NCBI GenBank assembly: GCA_951406725.2
Contig: OX597826.1
Span: forward strand, 41,912,001 to 41,976,000
Reading direction: 5' to 3'
Origin: Octopus vulgaris
Taxonomy: Eukaryota
Length of the DNA stretch: 64,000 nucleotides
In this document: positions 13,063 to 26,020 of the stretch, in pieces
Numbering within the stretch: the first letter of the stretch is position 1
Layout of the letters: each line of letters starts with the position of its first letter
The notes under the pieces: model-generated
What the model was told of the DNA's origin: nothing
Databases searched by the model: none
Seen by the model: only the letters and a program-made list of their open reading frames with translations
Made by a program: the position numbers and the translations under genes

Positions 13063-13637
13063 TCGTTTATCATATATTGACTAGTGTCTTCTGAGCAGCT
13101 CCATGCTAATCAGTCATGTGACTTTGCTTTGGATGCGGTCAAAGAATGTATGTATCTGTGACAGTAGCAGTAATAACATGATAGATGCTGGAGCCATACT
13201 GTGTTGTGGGTCTCTGAGCTCCGCAGAGGGTTAGCAGTTTGCGGGGGAAGGGGTTAGTGAAATCATTTTCTGGCCCTGGAAAGTAAGGCAAGTCCTTCTT
13301 GTGTTGTCCTTATTATGTTGATGATCTGTGTATTCTTCACGACAGTCTGACAATGGTGTATCATATCTTGGCCTAGCTGACCACAATATTACGTCACAAT
13401 GAGCAGTGATTGAGCATCTGGGTTGCTGAGGTTGTTGTTTCGCCACAGGTCAACTTCAACAGACAAAATCTCGGATGAAAAGCTTTTTCAACCGTGATGA
13501 GTTTATATCATTTTTTTTTATTATTGTATTTGGGACTTTAATATGCCTAGGATTGAACTCAACTACCACTGTCAGTCGTATAGAAAAGACCATAGAAAAC
13601 TTGTGCTGATTTTCGAAACGGCAAAACTGTAAACAAC

Positions 13638-14004
13638 AAATTAAAAAGAGTGGTTTATTAGCAATTAGAACGTAAAGGCAAAATTAACAAAGGTCACAAA
13701 ATTGACAGAGCATATTGACTAACGCCTCTTTTGCTAATGATAAGAGTTAGTTCAATCTTAGGCGTTAAGAGCCGTTGATGAGGATTAAGATGATCTACAT
13801 CAAAATCCGAAATCGCGATTCGGCTATGTACGCTGGGTGCTTACCTCCCTTCGTCAGTCATCAAGGCAGTGCGTTTTTGGTTTTTGACTTAATTTAACTC
13901 TTTATCATTAGCAAAAACAGTGCAAAAACAGTACTCTCTGTCACTTTTGTAACGTCTGTTAATTTTGCCTTTAGCTTCCAACTGTTAAGCCACTCTTCTT
14001 AATT
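13638..14004. repeat. Diverged ~110-bp inverted repeat enclosing a hammerhead; ends at (TA)n
   Basis: AAAGGCAAAATTAACA..TGACAGAG..TTTTGCTAATGATAAGAGTTA vs TAACTCTTTATCATTAGCAAAA..CTCTGTCA..TGTTAATTTTGCCTTT. Confidence 0.85.
13770..13825 (+). ncRNA. Type I hammerhead ribozyme motif
   Basis: AGCCG-TTGATGA-GGATT..AATCC-GAAA-TCGCGA-TT-CGGCT: all three stems pair, stem III is palindromic (AATCGCGATT), core has U in place of C3. Confidence 0.8.
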
Positions 14005-14006
14005 TG

Positions 14007-14046
<40 letters not shown>

Positions 14047-14337
14047 CCTTGTGTAGTTGTCTTGTACTCTGTTTTTTCGTTGTTAAAGGAATGGTCCGTT
14101 CCATGCTGTTTTTACGTTTTCGTTTCTCGTTTAGTTCTACGTCTATTTGTGGTGTCCTGTACACACGTATATATATTTATATATGCATGTATATATACAT
14201 GTAGATGTAGCTACGTACATATATGTTCGTATGTATGAATATATTTTATTTATTACACTATAGAATGACTGAGCGCCTTCGCGTCGATTCGATTCGATTC
14301 GTTTGGTTTCGTTTCGTTTCTTCTTCTTCTCTAAGCT

Positions 14338-14411
<74 letters not shown>

Positions 14412-14477
14412 GTAAAAACGGTAAGATAACAAAAGAAAGAAAGATACCTCAATATTATGTAAATAGAGGAATTTATC

Positions 14478-14665
14478 TGTAAATATAATATGTGACAATT
14501 ATTCGGTAGCCAAGATAAAACTCTGAGTTTCGGATGCCCATGTAGAAATCCACACCACCATTTCTTCAGTTATCTGGCTGATAACTGAAGAGATGGTGGT
14601 GTGGATTTCCACCTCGGCATCAGAGTTTTATCTTGGCTACTGAATATTTGTCACATATTATATTT

Positions 14666-14667
<2 letters not shown>
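14478..14667. repeat. Imperfect ~95-bp foldback in a (TA)n-flanked cassette
   Basis: TGTAAATATAATATGTGACAA..TTCAGTTATC / GATAACTGAA..TTGTCACATATTATATTTACA. Confidence 0.9.
14509..14578 (-). ncRNA. Type I hammerhead ribozyme motif
   Basis: Minus strand GCCAGATAA-CTGAAGA-AATG..CATCC-GAAA-CTCAGAG-TT-TTATCTTGGC; stem I GATAA/TTATC, GUU site. Confidence 0.75.
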
Positions 14668-14708
<41 letters not shown>

Positions 14709-15679
14709 CATGAATATACATAGCAATGAGTTGAATTAAACAGACTCTGTAAAAACTGAATTCTGGCTCTTTAACACCTGTGCCAACATCAAGCATTTTA
14801 TGCAGTTCTGTATTTATAGCTATCTATATATCTCTACCCATCTGTATGTATGTCTGTTTGTCTGCTATCTGTCTGCGTGCCTGTGTGGCTGTCCGTTTGC
14901 CTTCCCAATCGCCCTTCCCTCTCTTTCTACACTCATTAATAGTTGAGATTTTTCTCAACGTCAGTGAATATCAACTGATATACAAAAGTAAACAAAGCCA
15001 GCCAAAAGGAGATTGCGATAAGTTTTAAACTTCAAATTAATCGCGTTTTTCAAATAATTCATTGATTTTTCCCTTTGATAACTTTAGATCTGTATTGAGT
15101 TGTTGTATCTAGGTTATTTTGACATCTTCCCCTGTTTTTGAAATTTTTATTTTCTTCCTCAGATGTTAATTCAGTATTACAATTTTCATTTCGTTGATGT
15201 TGTTGCTGTAGTTGTTGTTGTCGTGGAAGTGATTATTATTCCTGTTGTTCTTGTTATTGCTGTTCTTGTTATTGCTGCCGTTTCTGTTATCGTTTTTAAG
15301 ACCAAGTAAACCCTGCTTGGGCACACACTCATAAATATCGTGAACAGTAACTATTCCGCAGTTTATTAGTATTTTTATAATCATTATATAACTATAACTA
15401 CACTATCAAATATGTCTCCTTTCAAACAGTGTGACGAGGAGAGGGATATCAAGCTAATATTTCTAGTAGATTCGATGTAAGTTTCGAATTTACACGACCT
15501 GTTTTGTCAGAGTTTGTTCTGCGGCGAATCACCAAATAGGGATGAAATCAATCAGGATTATTACCAAATATAATCGATGCTGGGAGATTAGTAAATCGGT
15601 AGAGGAATTACCTGAATATCTTGGTGTGTTTTGTGGCGTACCTTTCAACTCTGATTTGGGAACCCAACAATCTTCCTTT

Positions 15680-15906
15680 CCCTATTTGATACCAACCCGG
15701 CTGAAGCCGCTTCTGGCTCTGTTGTACAAATGTCTTGGTTTCATAAGCTTTAAATTAAAATGTTCCACCAAACCTTATTTATAAATTATGTTTCTAACAC
15801 TAGCTGAATGATAACTAAGTTATTTTACTAAATTCTTCATTATATTTAAAAGTAATTGAAAGAAACACAGAGTATCTCAAAATAAATACAGTAACGAAAG
15901 GGTTAA
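15680..15906. mobile_element. piggyBac-like MITE
   Basis: Right end GTAACGAAAGGG-TTAA; degenerate left end CCCTATTTGATACC. Confidence 0.55.
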
Positions 15907-16026
15907 AATAAGTAATAGACTAATCGACGAAATATAGAAGTATGGTCGTCGGCATGGCTCTATGGGTAAGACGTATCTTTTGCAATCATAAGGTTAGCAG
16001 TTCGATTACCACTTCTTAATCCTAAA

Positions 16027-16068
<42 letters not shown>

Positions 16069-16369
16069 CTGACTGGGAGAACAATACCTGTCATCGCCAC
16101 AGATGGAGGAAGCGGGTTAAGGAGAGAGTCGACACTTCTGAGAGAACACGTATTTAGCATGAAGAACTTAAGCGTGCTGCTCGAAAGCACACTGCTGGTG
16201 TAGTGAATGGGGAAAGCTTGATCTGCAATGTTTGCAGTAGTCGTGTATCCTTGTCAAGAGCAGGGCTCATTAGCCACCAACGGAGCCGCAAATGCAAAAT
16301 ATAAGTTAGTCCTAGAGCGCACAATGTTCCTGAAGGTCAGCAATGGTCTTCCTCGGTCACGAGTAGACG

Positions 16370-16378
<9 letters not shown>
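16069..16378 (+). pseudogene. RTE/BovB-like LINE 3' end
   Basis: Translates DWENNTCHRHRWRKRVKE..KRAARK..LICNVCSSRVSLSRAGLISHQRS. Confidence 0.8.
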
Positions 16379-16402
<24 letters not shown>

Positions 16403-16495
16403 CTTTATACTTTATGGTAATATCTTAAGGGAGATTTTAGACATTGGCGTCTCTTTCTAGCATGTTGACGACTTGTATACGTACTCGCGTGCCCT

Positions 16496-16533
<38 letters not shown>

Positions 16534-16684
16534 TGTTGTGTCTGGGGAGAGTCATTTTCTTTTTGTGCCTTATAATGTAACACACTCACCGGTAAAATTT
16601 CCTCTTATTTCTTATTTGTATTTTCCTAAAATTTTCGTTGCGTCTTGCAACCTTATATATATATATGTGTATTTATTTATTTAT

Positions 16685-16910
16685 AAATGTGTGTCTGTGT
16701 TTGTCCCCCACCATCGATTGATAACCGATGTTCGTGTGTTTACGTCCCAGTAATCAAGCGGCTCGGCAAAAGAAACCGACAGAATAAGTACTAGGCTTAC
16801 AAAGAATAAGTCCTGGGGTTGATTTCTTCGAGTAAATAAAAAAAAACCCTTTAAGGTGATGCTCCACTATGGCCGCAGACGATTGAAACAAACAAACAAA
16901 AGAATAAAAT
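16685..16910 (+). mobile_element. SINE family A 3' half
   Basis: GTGTCTGTGTTTGTCCCCC..AAGTACTAGGCTTACAAAGAATAAGTCCTGGGG. Confidence 0.85.
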
Positions 16911-17834
16911 ACTCAAAGAATATGTATATATACATATGTGTACATTTATTCAAAGGGAGATAAAGAAATAAAGAGGGCTAGAAACAAAATTAGAGCTTTA
17001 TTTCTTCGGTGGATACGAGATTATTATTTGATGCGGTCCTTTTAATTGTTTAAATCAACACCAATGTAATGTGACTTTTCTCAAATAAGATGGGTGAAAG
17101 TTTAAGATCGACCTCAGCAACACAGACCGGTAACTATTTATCATCTGATGCCTCACGTATCGTTGATTTGAGTCATGTTTTGAAATATGTGAGAAATGCA
17201 AGATTTTCTGATAAAAATGTAGCAAGCTGCAAATTTTTATATCTCAAACGAGTTCGGAAGCCGCAATGCTTCCCTGCTACTGTTGTTAGGAAATCTGTAA
17301 TACTATTTGACAACGATGAGCAGGATGACTAATGCACGACTTGTAAAGTGGATAGCCTTATATGGGACACATCAACACGTGCATTAAAACTCTGTCTGTC
17401 GCGTCAAAACGCGCTCCATACCACAGTAGAACGGAAAATGATGATGAATGTTAAGGTTATTGGCTTCTAGTTTCTCCACTTAATATTTCCGGTCGGTTTT
17501 CGTCTCGGAAAGCTTGTATCTTTGATAGTTCTAGAAAAAATTTGAATGTCGTCATTTCTTTGCTAAAGAAACGTCAAACATCTTCACCTCGATTCGATTT
17601 ATACAAGATAACGTGTTTCTACTTAAACATTCTATCTTAAATAGATTCATTTCATATCCTGCTATTTGAATCCGGAATTTTCCTTACGTTTGATACAAAC
17701 AACATTTTTATCCGCATCATAATTCAGGATCCACAATGGTCTGAGTGTTCTATTATGATGAGTATATAATTAAGCAGCAGTGATGTAGTGTGATGAAATG
17801 TATCATATCTTTTGCATGATGTAATATTTAGGGA

Positions 17835-17945
17835 TAATTAGTTCATGACTATAAGATTGTGGTTTCAATTCCTGGAGCGGACGGCACGTTGCGTCCTCCA
17901 ACATCAACAAGACACTTCATTTCACGTTGCTCCAGTCTGCTAACC
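17835..17945 (+). mobile_element. SINE family D fragment
   Basis: AAGATTGTGGTTTCAATTCCTGG..CACTTCATTTCACGTTGCTCCAGTC matches 46325-46573. Confidence 0.65.
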
Positions 17946-18116
17946 TGTAACGGGTTCCTGACTTGTGTTGATACAGCTCCCCCTCTTTCTCTCATGCTTT
18001 CACAACCTCACTGTTCTGCTGGGTGAAAGATAAGAGTACTGAGAGGGTATCTGTGCCTGCTCGCGTCTACTTAAGTATATAAAAGAATTGGCTACCTGTC
18101 CTTCTTAGTTGTTATA

Positions 18117-18406
18117 TCTTTATATATAAAAGTCAAGTTGTGTGTCTGTCTCCTACGATTTAGATTCCTAACTACTCCCACATTTTGCAGTGCAGTTTAA
18201 CCAAAACCGGGTATCTTATAGTCGTGATTCATATCGAGCCCTTCTGGGTATTAGCGCGCGTCTACGATGAGTCTACGATTTAAAAAAAAAAAATTTACCA
18301 TCATTTTTTTTCTATTTTTGTTGCTATTTTTTGGCTATAACTCTCTAAAAATGCTTATATAGTTACTTCCCTTACAAACCCGAGCAACGCCGGGCGATAC
18401 TGCTAG
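18117..18406 (+). mobile_element. Non-autonomous Helitron
   Basis: A|TC start; CCCGAGCAACGCCGGG hairpin then CTAG|T end. Confidence 0.8.
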
Positions 18407-19623
18407 TGTAGATCTAAAGCAATAAAGCACCAGACAAAATGTATAACAATAGTTGCTTTGAAACCACATCTCAGTCTATTTTGGCATTGAGGTCTCTGTC
18501 TGGAAGCTTTCGAATATTCTGGGAGTTGATTCGACTCTTATCATTTTCTACAAAATTTGTATTTGGGTCTTTAGCGATAAATAAATAAATAAAATTAGAT
18601 AAGAAATCAGCATTCCTTAAAACGGTGCAAGACTTGAATTTTATGAAAAGGAGTGATGTTCATTGAAAAGATTTCAATTTCTTGTTTTATCGAGACGAAA
18701 AAGATGTAACACAGTGGAATATAATATTGGAGGGATGTAACACAAGGTGAAGCCATACGGAATTTGTTCTCAGAAAGTACGAAAATAAATACTGTAATGT
18801 GATTGGCTTGTCCCTTTACAATTTTTGCCTTTCTTTTGCAAAAACAGGTAAAAGAATCGTCTTTAGAATACAGAGACAAATACATCGAAAGTGGTTCCTT
18901 CTGAGACCAATTGATAATCATTAAGCTGACTATTCCATACTCTCTACCCACTAAATGTGTGAGATTGGGTCTAAACTAGAAACCAGTATTTAATTTTCGT
19001 CCTCTACCGCTGAATTACAAAGTTAAACTGCATTAATAAAGTAAGGAGCGATAGTATAGTCTCTCAAACAACAATTACATTTCGATTGACACTTCAACAA
19101 CTTAAGACAGAAGTTCAATAGCCACCTCACAAAATTTTCTTTGTGGGTTATCAGAAAACATATATATGAAAATAAAATAAAATAAAATACGAACTGAACC
19201 ATTTAACAAAATAATAAGCAGTTCTCACTACTATTATAATTTGAGGACTGCTATAAAGATCAAGAATATAAAAACTTCAGTTTACATTGCTCAATTACTC
19301 GGTCTGTATTTTCTCACGTTTCAAAATGAATAGGTTCCGCATTGTTGCCTCCCTTCTCAATTTCCCTTTCGCCGCTCCTTTCATTCTCTCTCTCTCTCTT
19401 TGTTTCTTTGGCTATATATTCATTTCCTTTCCCTTTTCTCTCTCCCTTTTTTTTCCATTTCTTTCACTGTGTCTCTTTACAGAACAGCTGTTACCTGAGA
19501 GAGACGGTGGACTTCAATTGCTAACGACATATGTTATATATTCAGTAAAGTATTTATACACTTACACTGAAATTACGCGCTCGCGCTCACACACACTGTC
19601 TCGCACACGCACAAACACACACA

Positions 19624-19666
<43 letters not shown>

Positions 19667-21980
19667 CCGTACATACACATATATATGAGTATGTGTATGT
19701 ATACATATATGAATGTAAATCCGTGTATGCATTCACGCAAAATGTACTCGTGTACCCGAGTCATAAAAAACGAGATCAGTTTTATTAATTACGAGGGTAC
19801 TAGACGTTACTCAGCTGTTGGTTAATCACTAAAATTTCACTCAAGGTAATCAGCACAAATTAATTAGTTGAGATAAATACATTGTTTATATTATTTCTAA
19901 CAATTGTATTTCTTTACTTAAGGTTTTACTCACTATAAATGAAAATAACATAAAAACATTCCAACCGTCACAATCCTGTTTATATATCTTCTCTATGTAT
20001 GTATATGCGTGTGTGCGTGCATTTATCTGGAGATCACAATATATAGAAATATTAGTTCATCAGCATTAAGCCAAAACTTGTTGATCCATTAGCGATAATG
20101 AATGGTACAAGTTAATACATCCTTGGTCTTATAGAGAAACTTCATATATTGGCTACCATATATCAGTAATACACGTTTTAGTGAGCTTAATTCAATTTGC
20201 AAATTCCTTATCATACATTTCATAGAACTTTCTAAACTTTCTAATGATTTACTGTGAAAAGACAGTGATGACTACAACCAGCATGATTAATATTCTCTTA
20301 ATACATGAGGTATATAGTGAAACGCAATGCCTGATTAAACCAGATCGTGGATCGGGTCCACCAATTTATCTTACATATCATTAAACATAAATCAAACCAT
20401 ACATATTTCTATCGTTGAACAGTTATATATTTTTTCAACAAAATAAAGAAATACTACACCCATACACGCGTGTTGGAGCGCATATATATATATATATATA
20501 TGTATGTGTACGTGCGTATAAGCATTCCTGGTTATACATACACTCACTCACATATATGTGTGTGTACATGCACATATATATCTATATGTATCTTTGAATA
20601 TAGCTTTCTTTTTCTCCTACTCTCTGCTACCCCATATATTAGATAACCCAAAATATTGTTGATTTCACACCAAATTCTACACTTTCTTATTCATATCTTT
20701 AACATTCCACCAAACAGATCAAAAAGAAAGCCGCATTTCAATCTAAGAAAAAATTCTTCATCTAATATGAAATTTCAGATTCCATAGTCTGAAATATAAT
20801 TCTCGGAATTTCTTATTTAGATTTTCTTTAAAAAGTTGCTTTTGATGATGGTGATAATGACGACGATAACGATGAGGATAATGACAGTGATGATGATGAT
20901 GACGACGACGACGATGATGACGACGTCGACGATGATGATGATGATGATGATGACAATGACACCGAAACGATGGTGATAACGATGATGATAAAAACACGTA
21001 CGTCATCAATATTCTTTGTATTGTTACATTTCGAACTGGTGACTACGACTGCTGTTGCGTCGGTTTTGCTAGAACCTATAACTGTTATGTTTACTATTAC
21101 TGTAGCTATAGTTACAGTTGTTGGTACTGTAGTTGTTATTCTTATTGTTATAGTTTTATTATTACTTTATAGTTTATGTTGTTGTTGTTGTTGTTGTTGT
21201 TGTGATATATCATATTTTATACATTTGAAGACTATCGAACCGGTAACGCAGTGTTAGAAGCAATCTAACACTTGCGCCTTCTAAAATCAACTGGAATTGT
21301 CTACTTCTGCTGTACACATAAATACACAGACACATACACGCAGCCGTACACAGTCGTACGTCAGACGTAGATAAGCATACACACATACTTATACACATAC
21401 ATACATGCAAACATTTACATTGCTATATATAAGTATACACTCAAAGCATTCTCACAAAGCTATGCCTATATACATGCATACGCGCATATATATATATATA
21501 TACTCATGCATATATGCATAAATACATGTGCATTGATACACACATATGTCGTTGCACACGTGTTGACACACACACACACACACATGCACACACACACGCA
21601 CACACGCGCGCACACACACAAATATAAAAGAGGATATCAAACCCTCTTAAAGGGATGTCAGCATCCATGTTCCTCGTTTTTATCCAGTGTATTAGTGAAA
21701 GAGCAAAGATGCTAGCTTCGCATTGATGGATATGGAGACATTATTGTTTATGTATAAGAATAAGAAAAGAGATGCAGTACGAAGCTTTGTCAGTGAACAG
21801 GTCGCGGTCTCAAAGCGACGAAAATATTTTGACAAATTAAATTTAAATGTTGAAGTGAATCTAACAGTTTTTTTGTGTTTCTTAAATGGCTTATAAACAC
21901 CTTCCCCGCTGCAATTGTTTTCGTTCCCGCACATGATCTCAGATCAAGTCACTCGCTAAGCAAGTACATCTCCGTAAATA

Positions 21981-23005
21981 AGAAAAGATAGAAATTGAGA
22001 TATAAACGTCATTTTATTAGAACATATTCAATTCCAAACAAAAACAAACTCATAGCACCTAAAATTGTTTCCATGCCTAATTAATTCAATTTGAGAAATT
22101 AAATTAATTTAAAGTTTCCTATTCAATATATTTAATTGGACATTTCGTCAGGGGAAGAATTTGATGGAAAGGAGCGACACTCCAATGTGTTGGTAGATCC
22201 GTGATAGACTCAGATATGCGCATTTTTGCATCCAATCTATTTACAAAACGTTACTTATGTATATGTATATGCAAATTTGTCTGATGCATTTGTGCGCGTG
22301 CGAATGCAATATATATGAAAGAATAAAGAGAAAACAGAGAGGTAATTAATAAAATTATTTATTAATTATTAAATGTGACAACATCTCTGACAGCCGTTTC
22401 GATTCAGAAATCTTTAGATAATCAACTTATAAAATTAAAATCTTTATAAAATGAATCTGTTCAGCGGTAGTAAAGATATTCCGATTAGAAAAGATAGAAA
22501 TTGAGATATAAACGTCATTTTATTAGAACATATTCAATTCCAAACAAAAAACAAACTCTTAGCACCTAAAATTGTTTCCATGCCTAATTAATTCAATTTG
22601 AGAAATTAAATTAATTTAAAGTTTCCTATTCAATATATTTAATTGGACATTTCGTCAGGGGAAGAATTTGATGGAAAGGAGCGACACTCCAATGTGTTGG
22701 TAGATCCGTGATAGACTCAGATATGCGCATTTTTGCATCCGATCTATTTACAAAACGTTACTTATGTATATATATATATATATATGCAAATTTGTCTGAT
22801 GCATTTGTGCGCGTGCGAATGCAATATATATGAAAGAATAAAGAGAAAACAGAGAGGTAATTAATAAAATTATTTATTAATTATAAAATGTGACAACATC
22901 TCTGACAGCTGTTTCGATTCAGAAATCTTTAGATAATCAACTTATAAAATTAAAATCTTTATAAGATGAATCTGTTCAGCGGTAGTAAAGATATACCGAT
23001 TAGAA
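21981..23005 (-). repeat. Two tandem ~510-bp units, each carrying a degenerate hammerhead on the - strand
   Basis: Unit 1 is 21981-22486 and unit 2 is 22487-~23001. Minus strand CTGAACA-GATTCA..TGAATC-GAAAC-RGCT-GTC at about 22388-22464 and 22903-22978. Confidence 0.9.
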
Positions 23006-23425
23006 ATACATGTTGAGATAACGGCAATAAAACCATTAGCTGATAGCATATATACAAAAAGACCCGGTTATAGAATGCTTCATTGTAACATAGGGGCAGA
23101 AGGTAGTATATTTTATCTGTCTTAAAGAAAGAAAAGAAGAGATTAATATAATATCGTAGGTTATTGAGGAGAAAAAGAAAAGGAAAAAAAGATAGCGGAA
23201 AAACGCATGTATTTATAAGTATATAATAATAATGCGACAATACAATATAGGGGGAGCAAGTAGTGTATATTTTGTATCTTAAATAAAGAAGAGGTGGATA
23301 TGATATTAAAGGGTATTGAGAAGGAGAAAAGGGAAAAGGAAAAGAGGCAGCAGAAAAAGCAATGTATATATAAATATATACTAATATCATATATCATACT
23401 TATCTGTAATACTGCAGTACTACAT

Positions 23426-23501
23426 CTGAAGAGATTCATCCTATATTGATTTTAATTGTATAAATTAATTATCTAAAGATTTCTGAATCGAAACAGCTGT
23501 C
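23426..23501 (+). ncRNA. Hammerhead core, inverted relative to the tandem units
   Basis: CTGAAGA-GATTCA..TGAATC-GAAA-CAGCTG-TC; palindromic stem III ACAGCTGT, GUC site; stem I pairs poorly. Confidence 0.7.
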
Positions 23502-23701
23502 TGAGATGTCATATTTTACAATTAATAAATAATTTTATTAATTACCTCTCCATTTTATTCTTATTCTTTATATATATAAATATATGAACCATGGTTTTAT
23601 ATGGTTACCTTATAGTTGAACTTTCTATAGATTGGTAACTAACCAGCATTTTCATTGGATTTATGATCCCTTAATGAGGTTTTTTACCTTTACTTGATTA
23701 T

Positions 23702-23739
<38 letters not shown>

Positions 23740-23792
23740 CAAACACACACACGCATATATATATATATATATAGATATAGATATATATATAT

Positions 23793-23867
<75 letters not shown>

Positions 23868-24029
23868 CGTGTGTATGTATGTATGTATATGATGGACTCT
23901 CCCGTCGTTAGATGACGTATGAGAGTTCGACAATTTCTTAGCGCACAACCGTACAACCGTACAGATGATTTACTTATAGTGATCAATTAATATTGACCAC
24001 AGATTTATATTGAGAAAACTAAAAATATT

Positions 24030-24450
24030 GGTTGTGATTTCAAATTCAAAGGTAATTGTCTGCTCAATAATATTTGCAAGCAGAGAAATGTAGTATATAG
24101 GTGCAAAGTAGAATCTGAGGGACTAAATTATTATTACATAGATACCAAGGAAAACTCTAAGAAGAGGAGAATCATCAACCAGGAAAACACATTTAAAATA
24201 AAAAAATAAATCAACCAGCACCAGTCAAAGCAAATTTATTTGGGAAATAAAGGACAAAAATAAGGATTTTAACCTAAAATGGAAAATAATCAGCTATGCT
24301 AGATCTTATAAAACAGCTGATACCTGTTGTGATCTATGCATTGATGAAATCTTCGAAATTTTAACATCTAAGCACAGGCTTCTTAACAGTAAGCGTGAAA
24401 GCGTTTATCATGTACACATTCATATAAATATGTATTTAAAATTTACAAAT
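24030..24450 (+). pseudogene. Penelope-like element GIY-YIG endonuclease relic (Naiad-like C-terminus)
   Basis: With frameshifts translates KGNCL..NVVYRCKVES..YYIDTKEN.KRRI..TFK..STSQSKFIWEIKDKNKDFNLKWKIISYARSY..CDLCIDEIFEIL..LLNSKRE..SCTH. Confidence 0.8.
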
Positions 24451-24516
24451 AAAAATAAAATAAAATAAAAAGAAGACTGAAATATAAATTGGATAACTTC
24501 ATAGATATAAATATAT

Positions 24517-24682
24517 GCAAGAGTGGCTGTGTGGTAAGAAGCTTGTTTCCCAACCACATGGTTCCGGATTCAGAACCACTGCGTGGATTTTGGGCAAGAA
24601 TCTTCTTCTATAGCCTCGGGCCGACCAAAGCTTTGTGATTGGATTTGGTAGTCGGAAGCTGAAAGAGACCCGTCGTGTATAT

Positions 24683-24724
<42 letters not shown>

Positions 24725-24738
24725 ATATATATGTATAT

Positions 24739-24798
<60 letters not shown>

Positions 24799-24942
24799 AT
24801 ATACACGACGGGTCTCTTTCAGCTTCCGACTACCAAATCCAATCACATACATACATACATACATACATACATACATCATACATACATACATACATACATA
24901 CATACATACATACATACATACATACATACATACATACATACA

Positions 24943-25030
<88 letters not shown>

Positions 25031-25268
25031 TGTATGTATGTGTGTGTGTATTATGTAATTGTGTGTCTTTGTTTGTCCACCCATTATTGCTTGACAACCG
25101 ATGTTGCTGTGTTTACGTACCCGTAACGTAGCGGTTCGGCAAAAGAGACCGATAGATTAAGTACCTGGCTTACAAAGAATAAGTCCTGTCGTTGACTTGT
25201 TCGACTAAAGGCGGTGCTCCAGCATGGCCGCAGTCAAAATCACTGAAACAAGTAGAAGCATAAAAGAA
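24517..25268 (+). mobile_element. SINE family A with an internal inverted duplication and expanded microsatellite
   Basis: 5' half 24517-24680, 3' half about 25060-25268. Confidence 0.9.
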
Positions 25269-25350
25269 CGTATCATAAAATAAAGTTAAATTAAAATAAA
25301 ATTATATTTAAAAAGTCAAATAAAATATAAAATGATTAATAGCTATAATA

Positions 25351-25389
<39 letters not shown>

Positions 25390-25416
25390 CTAATAATAAT
25401 AACAATAATAATGATG

Positions 25417-25470
<54 letters not shown>

Positions 25471-25849
25471 TATTTTTCCTGCATATTGACTTTAAAAATT
25501 TGTGTAATGATAAGAATATTTGCCACACATATTTTGATGACGCACAATACAAATACCATACCTGCAGTAAGATAAATAAATTCCAGCACTATCACGTGAT
25601 CAAACATATTAAGCGCGCATATACAGACAAAAAAATAAAAACAAAAGCATATACCCAGGTAATGGTTATGAAAAAAAGTATTAACAAACACACGCAAATA
25701 AATTTAAAACGCACGCAATTAAAAAAAACAAAAGACATACACATATATAACAGTTTCTTTTAAACATTAACATGCACTCATATATGTAAGGATACTGACA
25801 TGGTGAATTTGTTGATAATCACCAGATCAGTTAAGATGTGGTTTCTTCT

Positions 25850-26020
25850 GTGTGTAATTCTCACCCTGGTGAAGTATTTAATTCGCTATTTTCGAAATGC
25901 AACTTTAATTTATTAATTTGTAATTTAATGTGTTAGGTATGGAAACAATTGTATGCAACAGAGAATTTACAATATGTTAATAAATTGACGTTTATCTGTT
26001 AAAAATCTTCATTTTCTTCT
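25850..26020 (+). mobile_element. Diverged relative of the 21981 tandem unit (Penelope-like terminal region)
   Basis: TTAGGTATGGAAACAATT..AATATGTTAATAAATTGACGTTTAT resembles the reverse complement of 21995-22080. Confidence 0.5.

Noticed and set aside
18607-18951. 114-aa non-repetitive ORF
   Set aside because: No recognisable motif or splice support
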